Below, in pieces: positions 49,884 through 61,723 of a stretch of DNA of 64,000 nucleotides (position 1 is its first letter; each line of letters begins with the position of its first letter). The stretch spans positions 106,580,001 to 106,644,000 of the forward strand of contig NC_086097.1 of assembly GCF_963921235.1 (NCBI RefSeq). The letters run 5' to 3'. The stretch is from Mobula hypostoma (Eukaryota). The notes under the pieces were generated by a model. The model had not been told where the DNA came from and did not search any database. It saw nothing but the letters and a program-made list of their open reading frames with translations. The translations under genes and the position numbers were made by a program.

Positions 49884-52800
49884 GTCAATGAGCAACCTCG
49901 CTTTGTGCCCAAACATCAGATAATATGGCGAGTACCCAGTAGCTTCATTTCGTGTACAGTTGTAACTGTGAACCAGATGCCCAATATGTTGACTCTACTT
50001 GCTCTTCTTGCTGATCTCCAGGGTTCCAAGCATGTCTAGCAAGGTCCGATTAAACCTCTCTGGCTGGGAATCACTCAGCGGGTGATAGGGCATGGTCCTC
50101 GACTTCTCGACTCCAAGCATGCCCAGCAACTCATGGATGAGTCTGCTCCCGAATTCCCATCCCTGATCGCTATGTATTCATCTGCAGAGGCCATAATAAA
50201 CAAAATACTTCTCCCATAACACTTTTGCTGCTGTAGACGCCCTCTAGTCCTTGGTAGGAAAAGCATGAGCAAATCTGGCGTAGTGGTCTGTGATGACCGA
50301 GACATTCGCCGTGTTGCTGGCATTGGGTTCTATTGCCAGGTAATCCATACACACCAGGTCCAGAGGCCCCGCACTCTGCAGGTGGGAGAAGGGAGCTGCC
50401 CGCCTAGGCAGTGTCTTCCGCCGTATGTATCGAATGCACGACTTGCAGTATTCTTCAACCTTTGACTTCACCCGGAGCCAGTAGAACCGATCTCTGAGCA
50501 ATCCATCGGTCCTTTCCACCCCCAAATGTCCAGAATCATCATGAAGTGACTTCAACGCATTCCTCCGATACTTCTCCAGCAGAACCAGCTGGCAATGCCG
50601 AGGTCGGTCTGGGGGTGACATGACCCGGTATAAGATCTGGTTCTTCAACTCCAACCAAGGTCATTCTCGCAGTAATGGAGGTACCGACGCATGTTTTGCC
50701 TTCTCCGCCTGAGCCCTGTCTCCCTTTTCAACCACCACCCAAATGGTACCAATGCCCAGATCATCTCACTGAGCAGCTGCCACTTCCCCAGAACTCAATT
50801 CCGGCAGCTGATTGGTCTTCACAGCAGTCAGGTTACAATAAACTTGGGGGATGTTGTCATCAGGTGCCCCCAATTGGTCCACCACTCGATCCTGCCCCTC
50901 CTTTTCCTCTGCCTTCACGGTAATGGCAAACTGACTCATGGCCTTCACCCCCATGGCAGGAATGCTCTCCCACTCCTCGTCCCTGTCCAGTCCCTCATGC
51001 CCTCATTGGGAAAAAGCATCCTCATCAATGTTCCGGCTTCCCGGTCGGTATTTCAGCCTGAAATCATAGACAGACATCGCTGCCAACCACTGATGGCCTG
51101 TAGCATCCAGTTTTGCCGAGGTCAGGATATAAGTCAGAGGGTTGTTGTCCGTCCTTACCTCAAACTTGGCCCCGTAGAGGTAGTCACTCAGCTTATCCAC
51201 CACCGCCCATCTTAACGCCAGAAATTCCAACTTGTGTGTGGGATAGTTTTTCTCGGAGGGTGACAGACTCTGGCTGACAAACGCAACGTGTCTCAACCCG
51301 GTTCCCTGATCCTGATACAAGATGCCCCCCAAGCCTTCCCGACTGGCATCACTGTGAAGTGCATATGGCAATCGGGGGTTCACAAAAGCCAGCACCGGCA
51401 CTTGGGTCAGCAGCTCCTTCAACAACTGAAAGGCTTCTTCACAGTTTACATCCCACCTCAGTCCAAAGGGCTCCGACGGGTTAAGATACTCTCCACCCTC
51501 CTGTCCCTTTCTCCTCCTCATTTTCTTCCCCAAGGGAGGGTAACCACACAGAAGCTGATTCAACAGGCGACTCACTTTCACATAGCCCTTCACGAACCTC
51601 CGATAGTAACCACAGAACCCAAGGAATGAGCGCAGTGCGCTCACAGTCTGGGGTCTTGGCAAAGTGGAAACCACCTCTATCTTAGTTGGATCTGTAGCTA
51701 CTCCATTTCGTGAGACTATGTGCCCAACATAGCTAACAGATGTCTTGTAGAACTGGCACTTGTCCAGGGAAAGTTTTAACCCTTCAGCTTTCAGGCAGCC
51801 CAGCACCTTCAGCAGCCTCACTTCGTGCTCTTCCGAGGTGGATCCAAATACTATGAGGTCATTCAGATACACCAATACCTCAAGCAAATTCATATCCCCC
51901 ACCATCCTCTCCATGACTCATTAGGAGGTTGCAGGAGCTCCCGATATACCCTGGGGCATCCTTTCGAACTGGAAGAATCCCGGGGACATATAAATGCCAT
52001 CTTCTCTTTGTCAGCCTCACTCATAGCGACCTGGTAGTATCAACTCCTCAAATCCAGTACACTGAACCACTTCGCACCAGTCAAACAGGCCAGTGCGTCT
52101 TTGCTCCTCGGGTCCGTGTACTGGTCAGGGACGGTACGCCTATTCACAATCCTATAGTCCACACACATCCATACATTTCCATTCTTCTTCCAGGCCACTA
52201 CTATTGGGGATGCATAGGGGCTTTGGGACTCAGTGATGATCCCAGCTTCCTTCAACTTACACAAATGCTGCCGCATATCTTCCACGTCTGCAGGGGCCAG
52301 TCACCGTGACCTCTCTCTAAACGGGGTGTCCTTGGTCACCTGGATAGCATGACCAGTGCCCTTGCAACAACCCACATCAAACTCGTCAGTGGAAAAGACA
52401 CCTTCCAGCTTCAACATCTTCTCTACCAACCTCCTTTTCCACACCGCAGGCACCGGTGAGTCCCCAAAGTTGAATGACTCTGCTGTCAACTTTCCCCCCT
52501 TTTCCAATAGTTTCTCCCCAGCTTGTCTCACAGGGAAACTAGACATTACTGTCACCGGAAACAGGTGCGCCAGGGGCATCCCCCGCTTGAAGGTGACCTC
52601 TCTCTTCGTAGTGTCCCTAACAATCGCAGCCATACTGCTTGCCTGTACAATTGAGGGCTTCTGCAGCTCGGGCCTCACCAGTACCCCAGCAGGATATCCT
52701 GACTCCCCCTCAAGGTCTTCCGGTCTTCCAGAGCATCCACTGAGGGCCTCCCCCTCAGGCACTCTGGAAAATTTGGGGGTCCGCATCACTCTTGCTACTT

Positions 52801-53620
52801 ACCCGGGCTGGACCACCAGTGGCTTCGACTGGGTGAACCACACAGTCTCTCGTTTGAATTCGGTATCCGGCCCAATGCAGCCACGCACTTCCTCAAAAGC
52901 AGCACAGAACACCCGGTGCACAGAAAATGTCCCCAGAAAGATCTCGCCAGCCTTCTCCTTGCAGGCCCCCGTGAGTCTCCTCACAAGAGGGGTGCTGGTT
53001 CCCACCAGAAATGAAATGCCACCCTTCTCAACCGGGTCCAGACAAACCAGCACTAAGGTATCAAGGACCTCAGACACTCCCACATCAGCCTCCGAGAACT
53101 CCAGCTTCATGACAAATAACCATCATCTGGATAATCACCAGCACTGAGACACCAGATCTCCAGTGCCCTGAATGGTGTCAAATGTAGATGCTTCAGATAC
53201 CGGTTGTAAAACGAACAGTACAACAACGTGACCTCAGACCCAGTGTTGAGTATGGCTTTAGCATAAATACCCTATTTTCATAGCGACACACTGGAGCATG
53301 GTTCCTCTAAGCCTTCAGGAATAGGGTCTTTCACTTGCGAGGGTTCCTTGGTGCATTGCTGGGAATGTGTTCCCCCAGAGACTCCAGGCCATGCCCCCAC
53401 TGGATCTCCTCTAAGTTTCCTGACACCTCTCCTTGCTTAGGCACCCGGGGGCTCACTCTCCGAGGGGCTTCCTGCCACTCACATTCCCACCTGAGGTGGC
53501 CCTCTTCACCACAATTATAGCAGATGATACCGGCCGCCCTCCTTCTCACGGAACACCAGCCACCCGCAGCCCTCGGTGTAGTCCGTCCCCTTGGGGCGTC
53601 ATCCTCTCTACCCGTCCTAT

Positions 53621-53824
53621 CTTTACTATCGCTATATTCAGATTAAGATTTATAAAGCTCAATCAGTTAATTATATATGATCTACTGTCTGCTATTTTGC
53701 AGTGTGGATTTGTAACTGGGCAACACATCACGCAGCATCCGCACAAACGAGATTTCTCAGTTTGGCGGGGCCAGGAGTGGTCTTCCCCTAGACGAACACG
53801 TGCTGGCCGAGCCTGAGGGTCACA
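53621..53824 (+). mobile_element. 3' portion of the same Gypsy LTR, in inverted orientation
   Basis: Reverse complement of 47870-48073 with ~22 differences in ~204 bp (manual count); ends GGTCACA. Confidence 0.9.
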
Positions 53825-53828
53825 ATTG

Positions 53829-53846
53829 TGGGGGCTCATCTGGGAT
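53829..53846 (+). promoter_or_regulatory. Primer-binding site complementary to the tRNA-Pro 3' end
   Basis: TGGGGGCTCATCTGGGAT, 16/18 match to the MLV-type Pro PBS TGGGGGCTCGTCCGGGAT (both changes at CpG), 4 nt after the LTR end. Confidence 0.85.
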
Positions 53847-53969
53847 TGATTCCATTGGGTGCTGTGTGATTGCCCTGAGCATTGAACCAGTGGTCATAAC
53901 CCAGGGAGGGGGGGGAGGGAACGTCGACTCAGACCATGAGAGTCCTGCGTCGGGCATTGGTTCACAGAT

Positions 53970-54130
53970 TGGAAGTCTGTGTGGGGTGCCACTCCTCACA
54001 CAGACACTAGGGCAATGTGTGGTTAAGCACCTTGCTCAAGGACACAAACATGCTGCCACAGCTGAGGCTCGAACTAGCGACCTTCAGATCACTAGACAAA
54101 TGCCTTAAACAATTGGCCATGTGCCCAACA
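53970..54130 (-). mobile_element. tRNA-derived SINE, 5' portion (related to 15845-16171)
   Basis: tgggcacatggccaattg...tagttcgagcc...gtgtccttgagcaaggtgcttaacc. Confidence 0.75.
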
Positions 54131-54352
54131 CAAGGCAGTACCTAACAAAGTGGACACTTCAGTGTATGATAGGAAATTCAAATGTCGTGCCCAGTTTGGA
54201 TACCACACAATTGTCATGGGAAATGGAATTTACATCTTTGCCAGGCACATTTGGACAAGGTGCGATATTTGTTAGTCACATACATGGAACATCTACATGG
54301 AAGTAGGCAGAGTGGGAAGATTATGGAATCAGTTAGCCAGGAACACTGACAT

Positions 54353-57300
54353 ATCATAGAACATAGAATATAGAACATAGAAAAGTACAGCACAGTACAG
54401 GCCCTTCGGCCCACAGTGTTGTGCTAACCCTTAAAACCTGCCTCCCATATAACCCCCCACCTTAAATTCCTCCATATACCTGTCGAGTAATCTCTTCAAT
54501 TTCACTAGTATATTTGCCTCCACCACTGACTCAGGCAGTGCATTCCACGCACCAACCACTCTCTGAGTAAAAAACCGTCCTCTAATATCCCCCTTGAACT
54601 TCCCACCCCTTACCTTAAAGCCCTGTCCTCTTGTACTGAGCAGTGGTGCTCTGGGGAAGAGGCACTGGCTATCCACTCTATCTATTCCTCTTAATAGCTT
54701 GTATACCCTAATCATGTCTCCTTCTCTCCAAAGAATAAAGCCCCAGCTCCCTTAATCTCCCTTAATCTCTGATCGTAATGCATACTCTCTAAACCAGGCA
54801 GAATCCTGGTAAATCTCCTCTGTACCCTTTCCAATGCATCCATATCCTTCCTATAGTGAGGCGACCAGAACTGGACACAGTACTCCAAGTGTGGCCTAAC
54901 CAGAGTTTTACAGAGCTGCATCATTACCTCACAACTCTTAAACTCTATCCCTCAATTTATGAGAGCTAACACCCATAAGCTTTCTTAACTACCCTATCTA
55001 CCTGTGAGGCAACTTTCAGGGATCTGTGGACATGTATTCCCAGATCCCTCTGCTCCTCCACACTACCAAGTATCCTGCCATTTACTTTGTACTCTGCCTT
55101 GGAGTTTGTCCTTCCAAAGTGTATCACCTCACACTTCTCCAGGTAGACCTCCATCTGCCACTTCTCAGCCCACTTCTGCATCTTATCAATGTCTCTCTGC
55201 AATCTTCGACAATCCACTACACTATCCACAACACTACCAACCTTTGTGTCATCTGCAAACTTGCCAACCCACCCTTCTACCCCCACATCCAGGTTGTTAA
55301 TAAAAATCACGAAAAGTAGAGGTCCCACAACCGATCCTAGTGGGACACCACTAGTCACAACCCTCCAATCCAAATGTACTCTTTCCACCACGACCCTCTA
55401 CCTTCTGCAGGCAAGCCAATTCTGAATCCACCTGGCCAAACTTCTCTGGATCCCATGCCTTCTGACTTTCTGAATAAGCCTACCATGTGGAACCTTGTCA
55501 AATGACTTACTAAAATCCATGTAGATCACATCCACTGCACTACCCTCACCTATATGCCTGGTCACCTCTTCAAGGAACTCTATCAGGCTTGTTAGACACA
55601 ATCTGCCCTTCATAAAGCCATGCTGACTGTCCCAGATCAGACCATGATTCTCTAAATGCCCATAGATCCAAGAACCTTTTCCAACAGCTTTCCTACCACA
55701 GACATAAGGTTCACTGGTCTATAATTACCCGGACTATCCCTGCTACGTTTTTTCAACAAAGGGACAACATTCGCCTCCCTCTAATCCTCCGGTATCATTC
55801 CCGTGGACAACAAGGACATAAAGATCCTAGCCAGAGGCTCAGCAATCTCTTCCCTCGCCTCATGGAGCAGCCTGGGGAATATTCCGTCAGACCCCGGGGA
55901 CTTAATCATCCTAACATATTTTAACAACTCCAACACCTCCTCTCCCTTAATATCAACATTCTACAAAACATCAACCTCACTCATATTGTCCTCACCGTCA
56001 TCAAGTTCCCTCTCATCGGTGAATACCGAAGAGAAGTATTCATTGAGGACCTCGCTCACTTCCACAGCCTCCAGGCACATCTTCCCACTTTTATCTCTAA
56101 TTGATCCTACCTTCACTCCTGTCATCCTTTTGTTCTTCACATAATTGAAGAATGCCTTGGGGTTTTCCTTTACCCTACTCACCAATGCCTTCTCATGCCC
56201 CCTTCTTGCTCTCCTCAGCCACTTCTTAAGCTCCTTTCTTGCTACTCTATATTCCTCAATAGACCCATCTGATCCTTACTTCCTAAACCTCATGCATGCT
56301 GCCTTCTTCCACCCGACTAGATTTTCACCTCACTTGTCACACATGGCTCCTTCACCCTACCATTCTTTATCTTCCTCACCAAGACAAATTTATCTCTAAC
56401 ATCCTGCACGAGATCCCTAAACATCGACCACATGTCCCTGCAAAAACATCATCCCAATTCACACCTGCAAGTTCTAGCGTTATAGCCTCATAATTTGCCA
56501 TTCCCCAATTAAACATTTCTCTGTCCTGATTCTATCCTTTTCCATGATAATGCTAAAGGCCAGGGAGCAGTGGTCACTGTCCCCCAGATGCTCACCCACT
56601 GAGAGATCTGTGACCTGACCCAGTTCGTTACCTAATACTAGATCTAATATGGCATTCCCCCTAGTTAGCCTGTTAACATACTGTGACAGGAATCCGTCCT
56701 GGACACACTTAACAAACGTTGCCCCGTCTAAACCATTGGAACTAATCAGGTGCCAATCAATATTTGAGAAGTTAAAGTCACCCATGATAACAACCCTGTT
56801 ATTTTTGCACCTTTCCAAAATCTGCCTCCCAATCTGCTCCTCAGTATCTCTCCTGCTACCAGGGGACGTACAGAATATTCCCAATAGAGTAACTGCTCCC
56901 TTCCTGTTCCTAATTTCCACCCATACTGAATCAAAGGAGGATCCTGCTATATTACCCACCTTTTCTGCAGCTGTAATAGTATCCCTGACCAGTAATGCCC
57001 TCCCCTTCCCCCCCCCATCCCTTTTAAAGCACTGAAATCCAGGAATATTGAGAATCCATTCCTGCCCTGGTGCCAGCCAAGTCTCTGTAATGGCCACATA
57101 TGTATCCAAGCTCTCAGTTCATCATCTTTGTTCCTGATGCTTCTTGCATTGAAGTACTCGCACTTTAGCCCTTCTACCTTGCTACCTTTACACCCTTTAT
57201 TCTGCTTCTCTTTCCTCAAAGCCTCTCTATATGTCAGATCTGGCTTTACTCCATGAACTTCTTCAACTGCTCTATCGCTCCAGCTCCCATCCCCCTTGCA

Positions 57301-58410
57301 AATTAGTTTAAACCCTCCTGAACCATGCTAACAAACCTACCTGCAAGGATATTGCTCCCCCTCGAGTTCAGGTGCAACCCATCCAATCTGTACAGGTCAT
57401 AACTTCCCGAGAAGAGATCCCAATGATTCAAAAATCTAAAACCCTGCCTCCTGCACCAACTCCTCAGCCACGCATCCAACTGCCACTTCCTCCAATTCTT
57501 ATCATCACTGTCACGTAGCACTGGTAGCAATCCTGAGAACACCACCCTTGAGGTCCTGTTCTTCAGCCTTCTGCCTAGTTCCCGAAACTCACACTTCAGG
57601 ACCTCATCCCTCTTCCTGCCTATGTTGTTGGTACCAACATGTATCATTGTTTCTGGTTGTTTTCCCTCTCATACCAGGATATCGTGCACCCGGTCAGAAA
57701 CATCCCGGACCCTAGCACCCGGGAGGCAACAAATCATGCGGGTGTCCTTCTCACGTCCACAAAATCTCCTGTCTGCTCCCCTGACTATAGGGTCCCTAAT
57801 GACGGCAGCTCTCCTCTTCTCCATTCCACCCTTCTGCACCACAGGGTCAGACTCACCATGGCTCACCCCGGTCGGTCATCCCTGCCAACAGTATCCAGGA
57901 CAGTTACCTATTATTCAGGGGAATGGCTACAGGGGTGCTCTGCACTACCTGTCTACTCACCTTCGCTTTCCCCCCTCTGACTGTCACCCAACGACCTGCT
58001 TCCAGCAGTCTAACTGTGACTACATCCCTGAAGCTCTCATCTGTGACTGTCTCATTCTCCCTTATGAGTTGAAGGTCATCCAGCTTCTGCTCCAGATTCC
58101 TTACACAGTCTTCCATATCGACCAGCCACATGCACTTCTGGCAGATGTGACTCTGCGGGAGAGGGGAGTTCCCCCAAGACTGCCACATTTCACATAAGAG
58201 GCACATCACCGTCTCAGGAGGAATTGTAAAGCCTAAGTGGGAGCAAGCTCGTCCTCCGCCTCTTCTCGGCGAAGCCTGTCGAGTCAAAGCCTCAAAGCTC
58301 CACTCCTTCACTGGCCGCTCCGCTTGAGCTGCCCCTCTATTTATTTGTTTGAGCTTTTCAAACTGCTTAGTCACCTAACCTCGATTGCCCAATCAGCTAC
58401 TTTCGGCTGA
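54353..58410 (-). mobile_element. Near-full-length decayed CR1 LINE (second family)
   Basis: 5' UTR, ORF1, APE (YFNARS, ITETW, GDFNF, SDH), RT (DFSKSFDKVPH, FADD) and (TTCTATR)n tail; many frameshifts. Confidence 0.95.
57303..58210 (-). pseudogene. CR1 ORF1 (zinc finger, coiled coil, SGNH esterase), disrupted
   Basis: CLLCEMW...HICQKC; LEQKLDDLQLIRE; AAVIRDPIVRG (decayed GDS), HVGTNNI, DGLHLN. Confidence 0.85.
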
Positions 58411-59204
58411 GGAGCTCAACAGTGGAGGTTATAACCTCTTAAGCATATAAAGTTGAATATATTTTCAGTAAAAATGATTCCTGCACCACCTCCCCAACCC
58501 CTCGCCACCTGAACCACTGGATAAACTTTAGCTTCTAGGCAATTACTCATTACCATTGCAATATTGAGATTTTGGTAACTTCCAAAGTTGTGTCAAATGG
58601 CTCACATACAAAGAATGGTATAGTAGATACAACAAATGGTGTAGAGGGAATATCATGTTACCTTTCTTTGGTTCTTGACTGAATAACTGCAGTCACAATC
58701 TTACTGATGGCTATGTCCACTTCTTCTATCTTGTATCTTTTTCGAGCCCTGGCAACACTTTGGTAAATTTCTTCTACTCTACCTTTCACCCTATGATGCA
58801 GTGACCAGATTGCATGTAGTACTCAAGATGAGGCCTAATTGATATTTCAAACAGCAATGATCAAATTTCCCTGTTTTTATATTTATGCCTTAGCCAACAA
58901 ACTCAAGTGCCCTGTAACGTGTAATTAACTAACTTATCTATATATTCTGCTATCTTTGCAGATCTGGGATTGGTGATCCTGGGTCTATTCTCCTATCATT
59001 GTCTAAGAATCACAAACTTTCTAGTCCTCTCTGGAGCCTTCCCATGATGAAGAGAATGCTATGATAAGGGCTGATCTGATTTTGTTAATTCAGCCAAGTG
59101 ACCGTGATCCTTGCTGTGCCTGACATCATCCGCCAAATTCAAAGAATATTTTCAACAGAGGTTACTGAAATCCAATTATCAGTGGACACCCTTACCAATA
59201 TTCA

Positions 59205-59329
59205 CTTCCATAATTCAGGGTGATTTGTTCAATTGTAAAACCTGCTGAAATCCCTGAAGCTCTCATCTTCCATAATTCAGGGTGATTTGTTCAATTGTAA
59301 AACCTGCTGAAATCCCTGAAGCTCTCATC
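59205..59329. repeat. Perfect 62-bp tandem duplication
   Basis: cttccataattcagggtgatttg...ccctgaagctctcat present twice, at 59205 and 59267. Confidence 0.95.
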
Positions 59330-60378
59330 ACGTAACACAAATTCGGCCACATTGCAACTTCTCTGGTCTCCATAACTCAGGCATTCATGGTTAAGCTCAC
59401 TAACCAGTATAGTCACACAATCAGAGAAAATCATACTGATTATTTAATTTCCTTTTAATGGAAATGAGTCCTTAACACCATACTTGAAATTTCCCTCACA
59501 AAAGCCCAGATAACAGTCATTCACAATTATTCTAATCGGAAACAAAACCTACGATGTAATTATTCTGATTTCAATTAAGTACATCACCCAATCAACATTT
59601 TCATATCGTTGTGACACTAGTTGATATATAGGAACTGTTCACTGGATCTACTTAAAACTTTGTTAATCTTAACCACTGTGTTTTCTAAAAATTAAATGCA
59701 TTACTTTTCACATAGTAGATTCCATTTCACTAGCAGCAGGGGAACAGTTCATGTGACACAACATGCATGCTCTTTTTAACAATAAATCAAAATCATCACC
59801 TTGTTCTTCAGTTTCCCATGCTCTGAATCTTTTGCTTTGAATATTTATCTGATTTCCCTTCTGTCTTGTTCTCTGCCTCAAAAACTACCTGTGATAAAAT
59901 GGTCAACGCTGAAGAAAACCCTGTATATATTCCTGGTAACATTTTCTCACACTCCTGCAATTCTTTTCTTTTTTATTTTTAAGTGATTATTTTAAATTTA
60001 AGAGAAAAATAAGGGAACAGCAAAATACTTGTAACTCAGAAAAACATAGTACTTTTGAGTTAAGGTTGCAAATGGTGCTGCTTTGCCCTTCAACATCAGG
60101 ACGTCTGGACCTCATTTTCACAGGCTGGCACTTGCGTTTGTAGGGTCTCTTAAGTTCTATTCACACAGTGTCTGAGGATTCATTTATGGTGGAACTCACC
60201 TAGTCATCTCTCTGCACTGCAGAAATTTTGGCTAGGGCAAATGAGAGGGAGGTGTGGAATAAGGGAAGAGTGTGGGAGGCCAGTGGTGTTGTTATTAATA
60301 TGCTTGGTGGCACATGAAGGACGATTATGGAATGGGGGAGAGAGTGGGAGAGGACAACTGGGTTAAGGTATATACACG

Positions 60379-60740
60379 CAAACATGAGGAAATCTGCAGA
60401 TGCTGGAATTTCAAGCAACACACATAAAAATTGCTGGTGAACTCAGCAGGCCAGGCAGCATCTATAGGAAGAAGTACAGTCGACGTTTCAGGCCGAGACC
60501 CTTTGTCAGGACTAACTGAAAGAAGAGATGGTAAGAGATTTGAAAGTGGGATGGGGAGGGGGAGATCTGAAATGATAGGAGAAGACAGGAGGGGGAAGGG
60601 ATGGAGCTGAGGGCTGGAAAGTTGATTGGCAAAGGGGAATGAGAGGATCATGGGACAGGAGGCCTAAGGAGAAAGAAAGGAGGAGGGGCGAAGCCCAGAG
60701 GTTGGGCAAGGAGTATAGTGAGAGGGATAGAGGGAGGAAA

Positions 60741-60794
<54 letters not shown>

Positions 60795-61040
60795 AATTTA
60801 AAAATAAATAAATAAATAATGGATAGGGTACGAAGGGGAGGTGGGGCAATAACTGAAATTAGAGAAGTCAATGTTCATGCCATCAGGTTGGAGGCTACCC
60901 AGATGGAATATAGGGTGCTGTTCCTCCAACCTGAGGGTGGCTTCATCTTGACAGTAGAGGCCGTGGATAGACATATCAGAATGGGAATGGGACGTGGAAT
61001 TAAAATGTGTGGCCACTGGGAGATCCTGCTTTCTCTGGCG
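60379..61040 (-). mobile_element. Penelope-like element 3' fragment: GIY-YIG C-terminus plus terminal repeat
   Basis: ATHFNSTSHSHSDMSIHGL..EATLRLEEQHPIFHLGSLQPDGMNIDFSNF; hammerhead-like motif at 60478-60513; internal (GA)n at 60743-60790. Confidence 0.88.
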
Positions 61041-61417
61041 GTTAGAGCCTCAAGTTCCCAACCTATACTGGTCCGCTCACATAAAGGCTGCTCTGCTTTG
61101 ACCCTGCTTTACTTTTATTTGCTCCTGCTAATGAATCATGAATCGATTGGTCTGTCGCTAATGCCTAGTTTGTAATTACTTTAAATGTTTAGGTTGTAAT
61201 TACTTCACTTCCATTTTTGTGCCCCCCGTTGTTCATAAACACAAACTTCCAGTGTCCATTTGAGTTTATTTGTCTACATTCTCTTTTTCAGTAAATGATC
61301 TGTTCAAATTCTTCTCAATTATCCACAGCCAATTTATCTGTACATTTCCAATTAAGGTAGTTTTTGCTTTTCTTCTCTAGTAATTTTTCTTCATGCTATT
61401 TTCATTTCCTCCAAGAA

Positions 61418-61723
61418 AACCACAATCTTCTTGTGGTTTGGAGACTTGCGTACCTCGATAACCCAGACAGCTATGTTGGCTGGAGTTAGGGCCTTGTGCT
61501 TTGGCTCTTGGTAGGGTCACCCATGCCAAACAGGTCAAAGGGTAGAGACCAGACTGAGAATGGTCCAGCAGTCCACCAGGTTTGGGGTTCAGCTCAGGAC
61601 TAACAACCCTGACTGCTCAATAAAAATGTTACAGAAACAACAATGAAGAATTATTCTATACAGACAAAGATGGAGGATCTTCATTGCTGCCCTAAACACC
61701 AGTGGCGTTATGGGCAGTAAGTA
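61418..61723 (+). mobile_element. Short bipartite RTE-derived non-autonomous element
   Basis: 5' part (agctatgttggctgg...tggtagggtcacccatgccaaacaggtc...accagact) resembles RTE 5' UTRs; 3' part reads RQRWRIFIAALNTSGVMGSK plus a taagta tail. Confidence 0.55.

Larger units (their letters stand above)
48430..53615 (-). pseudogene. Ty3/Gypsy gag-pol remnant (gag zinc knuckle, PR, RT, RNase H, IN), many stops and frameshifts
   Basis: CYNCGEEGHLRWEC knuckle; protease [10 protein letters not shown] (catalytic D>N); RT CVDYR, SVLDL, YLND (D>N); RNase H SDAS, KLEFLAL, RTDNNPL; integrase HDDSGHLG...CKSC; domain order PR-RT-RH-IN. Confidence 0.93.

Noticed and set aside
52356..53147. 263-aa plus-strand ORF, and other antisense ORFs over CR1/Gypsy
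   Set aside because: Antisense shadows of retroelement coding sequence with no recognisable domain
61418..61520. HDV-like ribozyme in the RTE-like 5' end
   Set aside because: Known for some RTE elements, but I could not build the nested double pseudoknot from this copy
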